Origin: Rhina ancylostomus
Lineage: Eukaryota
DNA length: 64,000 nt
NCBI GenBank assembly: GCA_030265395.1
Contig: JARFYF010000104.1
Coordinates: 26,309,055 to 26,373,054 of the forward strand
Reading direction: 5' to 3'
Of this stretch, positions 50,501 to 63,900 are shown piece by piece. How positions within the stretch are numbered: the stretch's first letter is position 1; each line of letters opens with the position of its first letter. The notes beneath the pieces are model-generated. The model was given only the letters and a program-made list of their open reading frames with translations, was not told the DNA's origin and did not search any database. The position numbers and the translations under genes were made by a program.

Positions 50501-53500
50501 NNNNNNCATTTAGTTGAATCCCAATTACAGCACAGCAATACAATGTTCTTTCAAAGTGCAAAATATTAACAATCTGGCAGAGAGTGGTCCTGAGTCACAC
50601 CCTGCATGGCTCCTGGGTCACTAATGTTGCTCCAGCAATTTTTTTCAGTCAATTTAAGTGATAGGAAAAGCTGAAGAAATGAGGTGGAAGTATTAAATGC
50701 ACAGTTGGCATAATAATAATTAGAAAACAGATTAGAAGCCCTGCAAATATATGCAAATTTTAGAAATGAATGGAATTACTCCAACATCTTGACAATGAAA
50801 TGCATTCAAGCATGAAGGGAAACAGACAAAAAGAACTGAAGGACACAGGCACCAAAACCAGTTAGCAGAACAAAACCTGCTTATAGAGAATTAAAAGAAC
50901 AAGATTTCTGCTCTAAATTTGAAAATATAATATATAGTTAGAGCCAAGTGTAATTTCTCAAGCTTTCATACAGGCAAACCACTGCTGAATAATTGTTTCC
51001 TAATCTTTAGCAAAATGGCACTTAAGTTCTTTCTCAAGCTGGAGCTGATGAGATGGCCCATTTGCTCAGACTAAATTGCCAGTTCAACCAAAAGCAGCTC
51101 CCAGCTGGTTTCTTTATTTCCACAGGCCTGCAGGCCACATACAAGCTCCCATCTGTGCCCTGACATCAATGCAGGTCACCAGTTCTGACAGCTTCATTTC
51201 CATCTCACTGTTTATTTTACAGCTTTAATTTGCACAACTGTTGCATAATTCTTTCTTAATCTCCATACCGCGGGAGGGGATTCTAAAGATAAAATGTGGT
51301 AGCCACTAATGTTTCCAGGCTTCTAATGCATCAAACCCAAACCTTAAATCTTTAAACAAAACCTGATGTTCTAAAAATAGCAGATGTGTTTCATCTCACC
51401 TTGGATGGGCCACTGTTGGCACATCAGACACTTAGTTAAAATACGCACTGTTGATTTCCAGGAAGGACTGCATCCAGCTCAAACGCTCCATGTTAATGAT
51501 GTTCCACTCAGTTTACCCACAGTGTTGCTGACAGTAAGTTAGAAGGTTGGCAAGCACATTACTGCCCACAGGCATTTTGAGTGATAGGCCAGGTAATGCA
51601 GGGTCGACAATTCCTTTCCTCCTACAGATGCTGCTCAACCCGTTGAGTTCCTCCACCAGATTGTTACTCAAAATGCCTATTTGCGGATTATAGATTCTGG
51701 TGCTTGGAGTGCTTCTCAAACTGACAGTTCTCCGGAGACTGTCACTGGACGGAAACGCTAATAGCATTAAATATATCCTCCCTCACTGGACACAGGTTGG
51801 CTGAAACATTACCTTTTTATTGAAAAAGTGAATATTTTGTTTCCAGAAGACAGGGCACAACTGAATTTTTGCACAGTCAGACTGGACATGGCTCCACACC
51901 CAGCATTCTATTTAACCACCAGATCTCCAAGGAGCCATAACACTTCAAGTGTGCTGCTCTGAAAACACGTAAAACAAAATCCAACTGTGCTGGAAGAACT
52001 ACTATCTTCATAAATGATGAGTTAAAGTTTGTTAATTTAAAAAAAAATCAATTACAACAACAAATTTAGATTACCTATCATAGATAAATATCCTTACAAT
52101 TGATTTGGATGCCCCAGTGCAATATTCCATTGAAATGCAGGAGGAAAGTGACTATCACTTGTGGTTGTGTGTCAGAATAGCTTTCATGCACCAAACCATC
52201 ATGGTTTGCTTGGTGTGCTTCCTGTGAGACATTGCAACAAAAGAATATGAAGGCTATTTCCACAGTTCCAAAATAATCAAAAGGTGACAATGATGTAATA
52301 CAACTAAGATCACCCTCTCCTTCATGTTGAAAGTAAAAAATATAGATTAAAAGCTGTATTATGAAAAACTTGAAAGGCAATGACCAATTTTTTTTCCAAC
52401 TTCAACCAGCAGCTTTATGAGTTGAAGTCATCCTTCCATGTTATAAATTGGCAATTATATTAATGACATCACTACAAAAAGCCAAATTTTACTGTAATAT
52501 CGTGCACAGAAAGCACTTGCACATAAGACTACAAGGGAAAACCAGTTGGAAAAAGTAACAGCAAGTAACTTTCTTCAGACAGCAGGGCAGAGGTTTAAAT
52601 TCCAGTCCTACAGCCCATTCTGTAAACAAGATGGTTACTGTGTATATTATGAAATGAGAGGACACTAATATTAGAAGTGAGGAAAATGATATTGAGCAAC
52701 TCTGTGCTGAGTTAATTGGTCTCAGCCAGAATGGTGGTTGAGTACAATTAGTTCAGGTTCACAGGCTGCGTGTGGAGGGGAGGGGGACAAACCAGAGTCC
52801 CTCCTCCTCACCAGTCTCGTTGTCCCTGCTGACAGTTCACACATCCAGGCACTGTGTTTGATTACAATCAGGCATGACTACAATAGTCCACAATTGGTTG
52901 ACAATATCTCACACATGGTCACAGGCAGGTTATTGGAGGACTGACTTCAGCAAGGGGTAAAAAGATAGACAACTAATTGAACAGCAAGTGGCTGCATCAG
53001 ATTCAATGATTTCCATGGTTCTAAACAATGCTGTGAAGAAATATGAAATCAAGGAAGCCATCAATGTGGATAAAAATGATACTGAGCAACAGTAACTACT
53101 CTTTGGCAAACAATGGGTGAAAACCTTATTACTTCCATTTGTGCATTTAGTCTCTTTAATTTTACTGTCTCTATGTTTTTATTCCTTGGTATCCATTTGA
53201 GCATGAGTTCACATAGGGCTGGTTCCCAACGGAGTATGAGGCTCGTCTATGGCCAATCACTGTCAACAGCAGCGCTGCATACCGATGCAGCCAGAATACC
53301 AAGGAGAAGCTATCTCACTGCAGGGAATCAGTGCACTGGAAAGCACCATTTCTTTTATATATTTTGCCTCAAGTGGCTGACAGTGACTCATCAACCCTGA
53401 ATAATTTATCCAGAAGGTTGCTCAGTGCTGGATGTACTGCCAGCAGAGTTGCTGGTGAATATCTTTGANNNNNNNNNNNNNNNNNNNNNNNNNNNNNNNN

Positions 53501-56500
53501 NNNNNNNNNNNNNNNNNNNNNNNNNNNNNNNNNNNNNNNNNNNNNNNNNNNNNNNNNNNNNNNNNNNNATCTTTGATATCACCTCAGTTATTTTGCTCAC
53601 ACCATCTGGCACTAGTACCAATAAAGATAAGGTCAGGATGCCTCTTTGCACCTTCATTTTTAATAATGTCAGTGTTAATTTCCAAATGGCAGTTTCATGT
53701 TCACATCCTATCAATGATATTCAACCATATTTTCATTTAGTATTACAAGCAGTGCTTTTAAAATGCATTTGTTTTTCTTTTATTCTTAGTTGCTAAAAAT
53801 TTATAAAGCTAATACATAATTATATGCAAAATGCTAGCAAACAAATTAAGACTACACAACAAAATCAAATGTAAACTATTCCTGATTGCCAAAGATTCTT
53901 CAGACTGCGCACCAGCTGTTCTCAGTTGAAGCTAACAGAAATTTCCAAAGGACTGCTATCACTGGTGAACTAATACAATGATAAAAGTGATGTGTTCCTT
54001 TTCAGATGATTATCTTCATACAGATTATGAAACTGGGCAAATTCCACGCTCAGTGTTTTTAATCTCCAAGTAAAAGGAATTATAAAGGGAAATCCTCAGC
54101 TTCAGCTAGATGACAAAATGTGCTTTGTGAAAGAATCTCTCATACTGATTTACCCTTTAACCATTTCCTTAATCCTACTGGAGTTACAAGGTTGGGACTA
54201 ACTTGATTTTAATCCAGAAACAACAGCACACCATCTGGGTATCAATGTGTTTTAATCGGTGCTCTGGACTCCAGGATGCACGGAACAATAGCAGTAAAGA
54301 GCTAAGTGCCAACACACAGTAGGGTAAGAGGAGCGGAGTGGGAGGGAATGTACCTAGGCTCTACAGAGTCACTCATGATAAGCTCTATAACATTAGTGCT
54401 AAAAATCAATTAATGGAAAAACATTGGTCTGATATTTACAAGGCAGAGGGATTGGAAAATGTGGGGAAAGCTGGCAAGGACAAGGATGAAGTGGTTTGCA
54501 TTTACAATATTTTCATTCTAATTCCTACCGAACAAATTAGGTTGATGGGCAAACCAGCATCAAGAGTGGAAGAGAGTGACAAGCTGGAGTGAGGGGGTCA
54601 GAGACTGGAGCTTAGGATAGGAGAGGTCACTGATTGTGGCTGGGGGAAGAGAGACAATGATCAATGAAGGAACAATATGGGCTTCCTAGACAGAGTTAGG
54701 TCAGCACTATAGCTCCTTCTGGCTGACAAGTATGGCAGTGAAAGGTACTTATCCTCTGTGGCTGGCAATTTGCACCTTCATTTTTCTTTTGAGTCAGAAA
54801 TCCTCACAGCAATTGTAAAAGTTAAAACAGCACAATGTTTTACTGGTTTTGACAGGCTGACAGGTTAACCAGACTTTCCCAGAATAGATGCATTACTTGG
54901 ATGGCAAGTGACCCACAGTTATAACACTGTCTCAGGCAAAAATGCAGTGGTTTGGAGACCCATTCCCTGTCAAATAGCCTTTAACTCCCTTTGACTCTGG
55001 CACTCCAGCGCCAGTGTTGGAAGGAAGGGGCAGGATTTAATAGAAGTCAATAAGTTACAATTTTATGCTCACCTTTTTGTTAAAATCAGTTGCAAAAGAA
55101 ATTCTTGAATTTTTTGGCCCCATCTCCCACAACTGAGATTATTCAGAAACATTAAAAGATCATTTAAAATGAAATAGACATTTTTCAAAATTATAATTAT
55201 TAATTTAAAAATAAAATCTACTAAAAACACGCAAGTGACTTTTAAAAATTTACTTACAGTTTATTTTTCTTCCCCTCAGCCCTGCAATCCCTNNNNNNNN
55301 NNNNNNNNNNNNCCTTCCCATCATAAATTCTGCGGAATCTCAGCAAAACTGAGTGCCGTTACTGCCTTTGTGAGTCCAGCAAAAGAAGCTATGGATAGAT
55401 ACGGCGCCATCTGTTGCTTGGTGACTTCAGGACTTCTGTATTTAACTACACATGTGGAAGTCCTGGACTTACTGGGATTTAAACAGCTGTTTGGAATCAC
55501 AGCGATTAACCATTAAAATTAAGGCCATTTTGTTCTAGCTCATGATATATATTACAACATACTGTTTAACTTATTTTATCAATTGTCATTGCATTAGATT
55601 ATTAATCATTAAAATAGTTTACTAACTATTGTTACCAATGTTTTGCATTGAACCAGCACTTAGTATAGTACAAATATGATTATTTTCCAATCTAATTCAC
55701 CCCATTTTTCTTTTGCTTTGCACTGGAAGAGAAAAGGTTTCACAAATTTTCACAAATGTTCAAAAAATTTCCCCCCCATTATTCAAAATGTTTTTGCAAC
55801 ATTATCCCCTCTGTATGAAATTCCAGATGAGCCTGTGTGTACTGGTTTGACTAACTACAGTCAAAGTACAATGCATATCTCCTCATTCAGTTAACCTGGC
55901 ATGAACAAGGACAATCTTTACCAAAATGACATTAATCGAGATAACCTGTAATGCATTTGCAACAATGTATTCCCATGAGCCTGTGATGTGTGGCAAATGC
56001 CTTTCAAGAACCTGTTGTATGCATGCTCATTATAGCAAGGCAACAGCACATCATTTAAGGCTTATAGCAATTATTGTTGCCTTTAAAGTAGCTGATTAAC
56101 ATGTGAAAGGCTTAATATTGTGTCACTTTATTTTAAAATACACATGAGTATATTCGAGCCTGGGCAAAATGTGAATTTTACATTTTCAGTTCTGTATGTT
56201 GTGACAGAGGAATCCCCTGAAATGTCTTTTTTATTACATTATGACTCAAGTAAATTACATAACATATGCCTAGAATACGACACACAAAACAAATGGTTCT
56301 ACTGATCACTGTTCAAACATTGCACAATATCTAAATAATTCTTCCATAACTGTACAGCCAGATTGAGGCCATCTGATTCAGCAGTGGATCGAATCCTATC
56401 TTCTCATTCGCAGAAATCTTCTGAAGAAAGATTTTCATGGGCCCTGCACTTGATTAATGTGATGTGTGTTTTGAGCTGCTCCGATAAGAGCAGGAAACAG

Positions 56501-59500
56501 TCTTTACAGCAACCAGCCACACACATTCAATAAATGCGACTGCCACATCAGCAATTTGCAGAGCATAAATTATTCTGGGGGCCTTGCCAGTAATTACAGT
56601 ACACAATCACTTCTTATGATATTGAGTCTGCTTCTCTTCAACAGTAGCACTCTATGTGATCTAATTACACATTTCAAACTTAATTGAAATGGTAGTGAGC
56701 CATTTGATCAGCAAGTTCCTGGGTCTGGACTGAATTAGCTGTCTTCAAGGAGGTAAAGTATGGAGCTGCAATGTATTGGAGTCATGGAATCATATCACAC
56801 TAGGACCGTACGCCCAGAGTGCCTGCGCTGATTCAGAGGGAACTAACTTTCCTGCTTTTTCTCAACAGCCCTGGGGTGATGGAAGAGGAGCAAGGGTGCC
56901 CATTACTAATTGTTACTCATGATGTTGGGAGCAGTTGGGAGAAAGAGGATGGAATGCTGTAGCAAACACCAGGGGGCAAGCATATTAGCTAGAAGGGAAT
57001 CCCTTTGCATAAAGTACTACAAGTGGTTTACAGCTACTTGCTTTTCAAGTACAACCACTTGATAAAGTACTGGAAAACGGTATTGCCCATAACAATTAGT
57101 GACAATATTCTTACATGGACTCAATGCAGAGTGCAGGGGGAGAATTTTAATGTTTCCAAAAAGCGCACACCATGCAAGTAAATTATTGGCACCTGCAGCA
57201 GAAAGATAATTTAAAATAAAGATATACACAAATAGGCCCAAATAATTCAGCTGCAAATATTTTTGTAATAAAAAGATTAGTTGAAGCTGTTATTGCAAAG
57301 AGGAATTATTATTTATTTAGAATATCAGAAACACCACTGGCCCTTAATGCTGGAGGTCAGTACAATATTGGGCACAAAGGAAGGGAAAGTGTTAAAACAG
57401 CAGGTACAACTATAAGGTAGGGAAATTCTTCTAGTTTGATGAAGTATCTAAAGAAATGATGGTGAAGATAAAAAGGCAAAATTCTGTGGATGCTAGAAAC
57501 CTGAAATAAAAAGATAAATAACACTGGGAATGCTGAAAGGTCAAATGCTGAAAAGTGATCAGTCTAAAATGATGATAATGAACAGAATTTACATTAAACA
57601 ATTACAGGTAACTGAATGAAGGGTCAAGAGCTGGTGTAAAAAGCATGAATTGTGCTAATGGTGCTATTTTACCAACCTAATACAATCTGGGAATGCAAAT
57701 TAACTCTGAATCTGAACTACTAATTGTAATAGGTGCCTGCCTTTGGGATGCCCCAGGAGATGCTGCATTTATAATCTATAAACAAATGGCCAGATGATGC
57801 TTAGGAAATGGATATTGTGGGAAGGATGATTAGAAAGTGAGCGAATTTGCCCAACTTGATAAAGCAATTCCTGGAAATACAAAGAGCAACATTAAGGAAG
57901 GAAGAGAAGAGTTTAATATAACAATAATGAAAACAGTAAGAAAAGTTAATTCTACAAACTCAATGGGATCAAAGATGCTACTAGAAAGAATGCAAACTTT
58001 CAAAATTCTATAAACTGGGAATAAAAGTTGGCACAGACAGAAAAGTCAATTACAATAAAATGAAATTGTGATATTAGTAATAATCTCCTTGCCCAGGTGA
58101 AGTTCTGCATTCTTCTCTATCTGAGGCTTCACTTCCAGATCATAACTCTCCCTCAAGTTTGCCCCCTTTCTTCATTCCTTTTCCCTCTCTGCTTCATTCC
58201 AGCAATTCTACTCCCAACACACCTGCCCCCTCCCTTCACCACATCACTTGCTCAAGTCAAGAATTACTTTCAAAAGGAACCCTGATTCCCATGAGGATTC
58301 CTGCCCTAAAATATACTGCAGCTAGACTGAAAGTACTGACACATGGACCAGGAGAGCATGAAAGGGAATGTTAATGTACATGAAGCAATACAGAAACACA
58401 AAAAGCAGAACCCCAGAACAACATTTGCAAAGAGTTTCAGAGAGAAAGAGATGATGATATGACAGAGACGAGGTGCAGAGGGACATAGGCTGAGACAGCA
58501 GACAGGAAAGAGTTGCGGAGAATTCAAATATATTTGTAAGAATTAAGACTTCAAAATGTTAGATAAGGAAAATGGATTTCTTGGAAGTTTTATTATTTTC
58601 ACATACTGTTGATTATAAATTTCATTTTATATCCTTTATCCACAATATCATCAACTTAGTTTATTTTTTAATTTTTTTTCCCATTGCTCATCTGTTATAA
58701 TTTTTTTCTTGGATTCTGCCTCAGTGATTCCACATATTTTACATGCTGAGCTGAAGAACACACTGCTTCAAACTCATCATCACAGGTTAAAACAGGAGGG
58801 ATATAATCAACCTACATCAACACAGGAACTCTTTCAGAGAGTTGCTGATGGACTGATTGCAAATATATAAAACATCATATCCCAAAAAGTAAAAGAAATG
58901 CAGATTCTGGAAACAAAGGCATAAAGTGCTGGAGATATTCAACAGATCAGGCAGACTCTTCTGGTAAAAGGCTATCAATCTGAAACATTAACTCTGTATC
59001 TTTCTGTTTTTATTATGAACATGTACCAGACCCTTCCATTCAATTCAGTTTACATGGGCATAATTCATTCCTCAAATCTACAACCAAAACACACAGCATT
59101 TTCAGACATTAGCAATACATACTGCTATTATCACATCACGATAAAAATAGCAAGAACTACATATTCTGTTCGAGTTAAGGATTGTCACAAAACAATTACT
59201 CTGTAACAGGGCTAAAATTTGTGTTCTTGTAATTAATTTAATTGGAAGCAATTAATTCATGTGATCTCTTCTGAGGTTAACATTTATTGTCATCTGCATT
59301 AGAAATGCCACCTAAGCAAACAAAGAATAAAATTCTATTCCCCTTTACATTTTGTATCAAACGAAGAACTCGCTGAACTACACAATTGTTTTTACATAAT
59401 TTCCTTACCAGCCCCACCCCTTCCAAAGGTGCTTTTCACAATTCCACAGATGCCTGCAGCCCTCGGGTATTTTTTCCAATTAGTCACTCTTCGTACATGG

Positions 59501-59689
59501 TCTTAATTGGTGTGCACTGAAGAGCACTCAACCATGGAAAGCATCATAATGAAGCTTAATCCTGTCCTCACTCAGTGTGGTATGTGTATTTTTGAATAAC
59601 ATGGCCTGCCCCTTGGAGCTGACTAAGTACAATTAGAGCCCCATGATGTTAGGAATGTTGACCTGCGAGAGGGCGCTTATGTTGATTTA

Positions 59690-60310
59690 CTTATTCTATC
59701 TGTGAATTTGTTGGTGCAGGTGGTACCTTTCCATGCCTTGGGGTGCCTGTTGTAGTTAGTCCATGCCTCAGTAGTGTACAGGAGGCCAGGGATCACTGCT
59801 TTCCAGACCTCATCTAGGTCTGAGGCCTTGATCCTCAAACACTGTTTTCCCTAAGGACCCAAAGGCTGTGCTGACACACAGAATTTCATCACTGATATCT
59901 GCCTCTGCTGAGAGGTGGCTCCCAAGATATATCAAACAGTCTAATTTTTCCATGATTTTGTACAGAGGGCAGCATTGTACAGTGGGGGCAGGTTGGCAGA
60001 GGATGTCCATTTTGCAGAAGTGCAAGGACCACCCTCCAGCATGTTTCAGTGAACACGTCAACAATCAGTTCCAACTTGGCCTCCAAACGTACACATATAC
60101 AAGTGCCACTTGTGTATTCCAGTTCAATAACTGAAACCAGGGAGACATTATTTCTGGGAGCAAAGGCAATGTTGGTTGAACAGTCTGTTCTGTAGATTAG
60201 CTCAAATCAACAGAAAACCCGTTAGAGACAACGTGCAGCATTGCAATGAGTAAGATTTGAGAAAAGTATTGTGCGCTATGACACAGCCTTGCTTGGCATG
60301 TTTGCACCAA
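59690..60310 (-). mobile_element. RTE-clade LINE RT C-terminal fragment
   Basis: ORF 59810..60064: IYLGSHLSAEADISDEI...STAFGSLGKTVFEDQGLR. Confidence 0.75.
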
Positions 60311-60549
60311 GACTTGGTCTATTGTTTAGATCACAGCTTGCATGCCATCATGAAGCAAACAAAAGATGGGAGTTGAATTTCTCTGAGCAGCCAAACTTGA
60401 GAAGGATGCACCACAGAAGAACTCTGTGAGGTAAAACGAGGGTCATGTCTAGGTTGATGCTGCTCCCTGCATTTCTCTGGAGCTGTCACATGGTGAAGAT
60501 AACATCCATCGTGCCTCTGGGAGGATAGAATCCACACTGCAATTCTTAC

Positions 60550-60840
60550 AGGACATGACAGGGGAGATACGGAGTTTTTTCCCCCTTTTTGAGATGTCTA
60601 GAACCAGGGATCAGCCATTTAGGACCAAGATGAGAAGATACTACTTCACTATAGGGTAGTGATGCTTTTGAATTCTCTAACCAACAGGGCTATGGAGGGT
60701 CTGTCAGTATAGATTTCTAGACATGAAGGGAATCAAGGATTATAGGGTTCATGCAGGAAAGTGGCACTGAGATAAAAGGTCAGCCAAGATCTAATAGTGT
60801 GGCACAGCATGCACCAGGAGCTAATGGAAGTGCCTACTCT
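60550..60840 (+). mobile_element. CR1 LINE 3' end
   Basis: tctagaaccaggga...ccatttaggaccaagatgagaag...gaattctcta...aagggaatcaaggattatagg. Confidence 0.75.
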
Positions 60841-62667
60841 AACTTCCATCTCTAATACTGTTATACTCTTTGGCCAATTGGAACAGGAGAACCCTTTGGC
60901 CAATTAATTGAGCAGAACTCTTAAAAAGACCTTCCCTGTGGCAGACAACCCTGTTGTTACCATAATCATATACAGGACGCCAGATTCCCAAGACACTCTC
61001 TTCCAAGCTTTTTCTCTGCAAGTGATTAGCAGGTGAACAGAGAAAAAGACCCAAGGACATTCTGAAAGCCTCCTTAAAAAAATGTAACTCCCCTACCAAC
61101 TCTTTGGATTCCCTGTCTTGAAATGGAGAAGGTGCATTCAGAATTACACTGAGAACTGAGTTTAAACCCCACCATAACAGTTGGGGAACTTAAATTCAGT
61201 TTGGTAATATACCAAATATAGCTAGAATACCAAGCTAATGTGCCTTTGGTAACCATGAAACAAATGGATTGCCACTTCTGATTTACCAGTCTCCTATGGA
61301 ACGGAAATCTGCCATCCACACCTGCTCTGGCTTGTCAGTGATTCCCTGCTCAGAAGAATGAGCCAAGAAGTGGAACTAATAGATAGCTTGTTTGAAGAGC
61401 GTGAATACATACAAAGGGCCAAATGATCTCCCACGGTGCTATATGATTCTCTGATTCAAGAGCGATGCCAAAATTTTTACCTGAAACAACATCACCGGCA
61501 ACAAATGAACTCATTTGCTTTCCACAGTGACATTGGCATGTAAACATTGATCACTAGGTTTAGCTACACAAGAGCCATCATCACAACTCTAAAGTAATTC
61601 CTGGAAAATAAAACAATTTGGGATACCCTACAGATGTTAAGTGTGCAGCCTAATACAAGGCTACTAAATTTAGTCATAATTCAACATTTTTCTTAAGACA
61701 AATGGCCTTCTGTATTTTGTTAATTTAGTCTCTTTGTTCAAAATACTGGATAATACAATATTACAATTCAAACATAACAATGAATTACTCAGATGAGATT
61801 ATGAAAATTATGTATTACATTTTTGTAAAGTGTAATCTCTCCAGTAGAAGAAAATACAAGGCACTCCAAAAACTGAACCAAACTAAAGCTTGTCTCATTA
61901 AGCACTAGAACATCAGCTTTAAAGGGCGTGTCACGGCTGACTCTGAAACAATGACTTTCACAGCTTTGTACAGCTGTCCATTTTGTGCTAATTAACTGTA
62001 AAGAATGATGTTCTTGTCATGGCCCATTAATTAACTTTCACTAAATGTGGGCATTTAAATGGTCCATCAAATTTAGGTATCTTCTGATATCAAATACTAA
62101 ATAAATCAGAGTATTTGACTAGAACAAGAAAAGGGTTAGTAATAAGCAGCCTTCAGCTGTCTCATGAGATCAGTGGCTGTGTGATAATGAATGGGGGATG
62201 GAGACCATTGGCAACAAACATCCAATCACAGGCAGTATCCTTTCAAGGAGCTTAAGGACAGATGAGTTCTGCCTGCCTAGTGAGGTGTAATCCCCTGAAA
62301 ACAACACCAAAATGAGTAATTCCCTTCCTTAATTTAGTAATAATTATTCATTCTCCATCTCACTTTATTAAGCATGTGTAATGAAGGCATGCAATCTGTT
62401 TAATATTATGTGAAAAATTGAGCATTGAAAACTACAAAGCTTCTAAAATATCAAAATGATGATCACAGTCTGATTCACTAAAACTTCCAGTCCTTGAGTC
62501 TCCAAAAATTAACAGTAGTTAAATTGCTGTGTCATTAGTTATCTCTGAACTCAGCTTGAAACTTCATCCAGCTATCACACTGTCTCCATAGCTGCTCAGA
62601 AATCCAGCAGAATATAGCAACAGGAAATAAGAGACGCGTGATTAAAAACTTGCTGTCAGTCTGCAGG

Positions 62668-62840
62668 CAACAGACACAAAATGCTGGGGTAACTCAGCAG
62701 GTCAGGCAGCATCTATGGAGGGAAATAAACAAGTCGAAGTTTTGGGTCGAGACCCTTCATCAGGACTGGAAAGGAAGAGGGCAGAAGCCAGAATAAGAAG
62801 GTCGGGGGAGGGGGAGGGAGAAGAGCACAGGCTGCAAGGT
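62668..62840 (-). mobile_element. Relatively young Penelope tail with hammerhead motif (runs into an N gap)
   Basis: Minus strand ccagtc-ctgatga-agggtctcgaccc-aaaa-cttc-gact, then atagatgctgcctgacctgctgagttaccccagca. Confidence 0.8.
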
Positions 62841-62960
62841 GATAGGTGAGTTCAGGCAAGNNNNNNNNNNNNNNNNNNNNNNNNNNNNNNNNNNNNNNNN
62901 NNNNNNNNNNNNNNNNNNNNNNNNNNNNNNNNNNNNNNNNNNNNNNNNNNNNNNNNNNNN

Positions 62961-63900
62961 TAACATTTCCCCTTGTAGGTTCACTAACATGCGTTCAAGA
63001 AAGCAACCACGGATGGATTCCATGAGATTCTCCTCAACGGTGCACCCCGTGACCATTGCCATTCCGTTATTGCATATATAAAATATTTCTTGATCTATTG
63101 CCTGTGCCATTGACGTTATTATTCGACAACCTAAAGACAACTCCCACCAGTGATTATTTAACCTTTACTATTGCTGATCCCGACCCAGATGGACTGAACA
63201 TTCTGCTCTCACTGTCGTCTCTCACTATCGCCCTGATCTCAGACAACTCCGTTACCTTCCTGCTAATCACGGTTCCATGATCCTGTACGACTGCTGCCTT
63301 CCCGTGATGATCCAACAGTATCCAAAGCGGTATATCTGTGTTGGAGGGAGATAACTGCAGAGGACTCCTGCACTACCTTCCCAGTTTTACACTGCTTGTT
63401 CGTCACCCATTCCCTATCTACCCGAGGCCTTTAAACTGCGGAGTGACCAACTCACGAAACAGCTATCCACAACATTCTCAGCATCGCAGATGCTACACGG
63501 TGAATTCATACGCAGCTCCAGTGCCGTCATTCGGTCTGTCAGGGGCTGCCGCTGCGCACTCTTCCTGCAACCGTAGTCAGCAGGGACTCTGGCAGCCTCC
63601 CCGAGTTCCCATATTGCGGTGGAGGAGAATGACAAGGGTCTGAGCTCACCCGCCATGATTATACAGCTTTGAGGGAAAATGAAGAGATATTAAAAAAAGT
63701 AGGAAACTACCTTTACCTTTGCGTTGCTCGCCCTGCTCACTGAATCCCGGTATTCACTAAAGCCCACACTTTGGCAACCAGCAGCACTTTGAACAGACAG
63801 AAGCGCCTTTCAATATGGCTGCTCCAAAATGGCCGCTGAACTTGACTCTAACTTTTATTAGCAACTCATAATTAGCGAATTAGCCAAACACTGACTAAGT
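62961..63900 (-). mobile_element. CR1 LINE 5' portion (5' UTR, ORF1 N-terminus, piece of ORF2 endonuclease), internally deleted
   Basis: ORF 63414..63656 MAGELRPL...WEL...DYGCRK...LTDRMTALELR...DAENVVDS resembles a decayed CR1 ORF1 zinc-finger/leucine-zipper. ORF 62760..63140 EENLMESIRGCFLE resembles the CR1 APE region. Relatively CpG-rich. Confidence 0.65.

Noticed and set aside
53461-53576. atctttga on both sides of a 100-N gap
   Set aside because: Probably the same scaffolding artefact.
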